Assembly: GCA_035948015.1 (NCBI GenBank)
Contig: DASZJO010000114.1
Span: 31,780-95,779, forward strand
Source: Puia sp.
GTDB lineage: Bacteria; Bacteroidota; Bacteroidia; Chitinophagales; Chitinophagaceae
Reading direction: 5' to 3'
DNA length: 64,000 bases
A program made the translations under genes and the position numbers. The notes under the pieces were generated by a model. That model saw only the letters and a list, made by a program, of their open reading frames with translations. It was not told the origin of the DNA and did not search any database. Shown one piece after another: positions 63,519 through 64,000 of this stretch. The first letter of the stretch is position 1. Each line of letters starts with the position of its first letter.

Positions 63519-64000
63519 TTATCGCCCCATATTGATATCCCGATCATTGTCCCAATTCGCCTTCACCGTAAACTTCTTCATGACCGTCACCACCTTCTCC
63601 GGCTGCTGGTGCTTTCCAAAAAAATGCCCCGGATCCCACTTCCCATTCCCATTCGTATCATAAAGGATCCGTAACTCATAATCCCCGGGCTTGAACAACA
63701 ACTGCCGCACCACCTTCTTGTTCCCGAAAGGAATGGAGTATTTCAGGACATCGGAGGAATAGAACAGCAGCACCGGCTTCTTCGAAAGATCCAGGTTAAA
63801 CACCCTGATCTGCACCTCCCCATAATCTATATCCTTTTTCGTCCGAAAGGTAATAGTATCATCTTTTAGCAACCGCCTGCCCGCGCTATCCGCGGCAAAA
63901 CCCCTGTCCAGGATCAGGTTGAACTTGGTGTCCAGCGGCCACGGATAGGCCAGGTAGATATTTTTATACGTCGTATCCCGCACCCAACGGTATTTGGTCA
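63519..64000 (-). CDS. Hypothetical protein, C-terminal portion (reading frame stays open to the right edge)
   Basis: The frame remains open upstream of the track's GTG at 63983. The C-terminus is ILYDTNGNGKWDPGHFF. No confident family call. Confidence 0.5.
   Translation of the reverse strand, partial: TKYRWVRDTTYKNIYLAYPWPLDTKFNLILDRGFAADSAGRRLLKDDTITFRTKKDIDYGEVQIRVFNLDLSKKPVLLFYSSDVLKYSIPFGNKKVVRQLLFKPGDYELRILYDTNGNGKWDPGHFFGKHQQPEKVVTVMKKFTVKANWDNDRDINMGR

Overview
This is a 64-kb chromosomal window from a Bacteroidota genome, probably Chitinophagaceae- or Sphingobacteriia-like. Support: two SusC/SusD pairs, a T9SS C-terminal sorting domain, TAnnTTTG-type -7 promoter boxes, no obvious Shine-Dalgarno sites, and mid-50s % GC by eye. 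It is densely coding, with about 60 CDS, and I found no rRNA, tRNA, CRISPR array, integrase or transposase. Content: (i) housekeeping genes: lptB (partial), metF, rlmD, cysS, obg, asd, ligA, rplM-rpsI-rpsB-tsf-pyrH, pdxH, hup, xth, recR and a split metH. (ii) A phenylacetyl-CoA epoxidase cluster (paaABCD-paaG-paaY), separated from its reductase paaE and a TetR regulator by an oppositely oriented SusC/SusD/thioredoxin-like module. (iii) A complete alpha-glucan PUL: NrtR-like regulator, SusC, SusD, SusE-like, SusF-like and a GH13 enzyme with a T9SS tail. (iv) Small accessory items: a higBA toxin-antitoxin pair, a free-standing NUMOD4/HNH endonuclease gene, a PaaY-Uma2 fusion, a rhomboid / pseudo-rhomboid / EEP triad, a DUF2339-DUF3999-DUF4286 cluster, and a Thx ribosomal protein with an Ala/Pro repeat tail. 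The most interesting non-annotated signal I could read is a classical-looking leader-peptide attenuator directly in front of asd. It has a 20-codon uORF rich in Lys/Met/Thr/Ile, four mutually exclusive RNA segments, and a perfect terminator 15 nt before the asd ATG. A shared CTAAC-N4-GTTAG operator also links the two halves of the split paa cluster. All functional calls come from motif recognition by eye; no searches were run.
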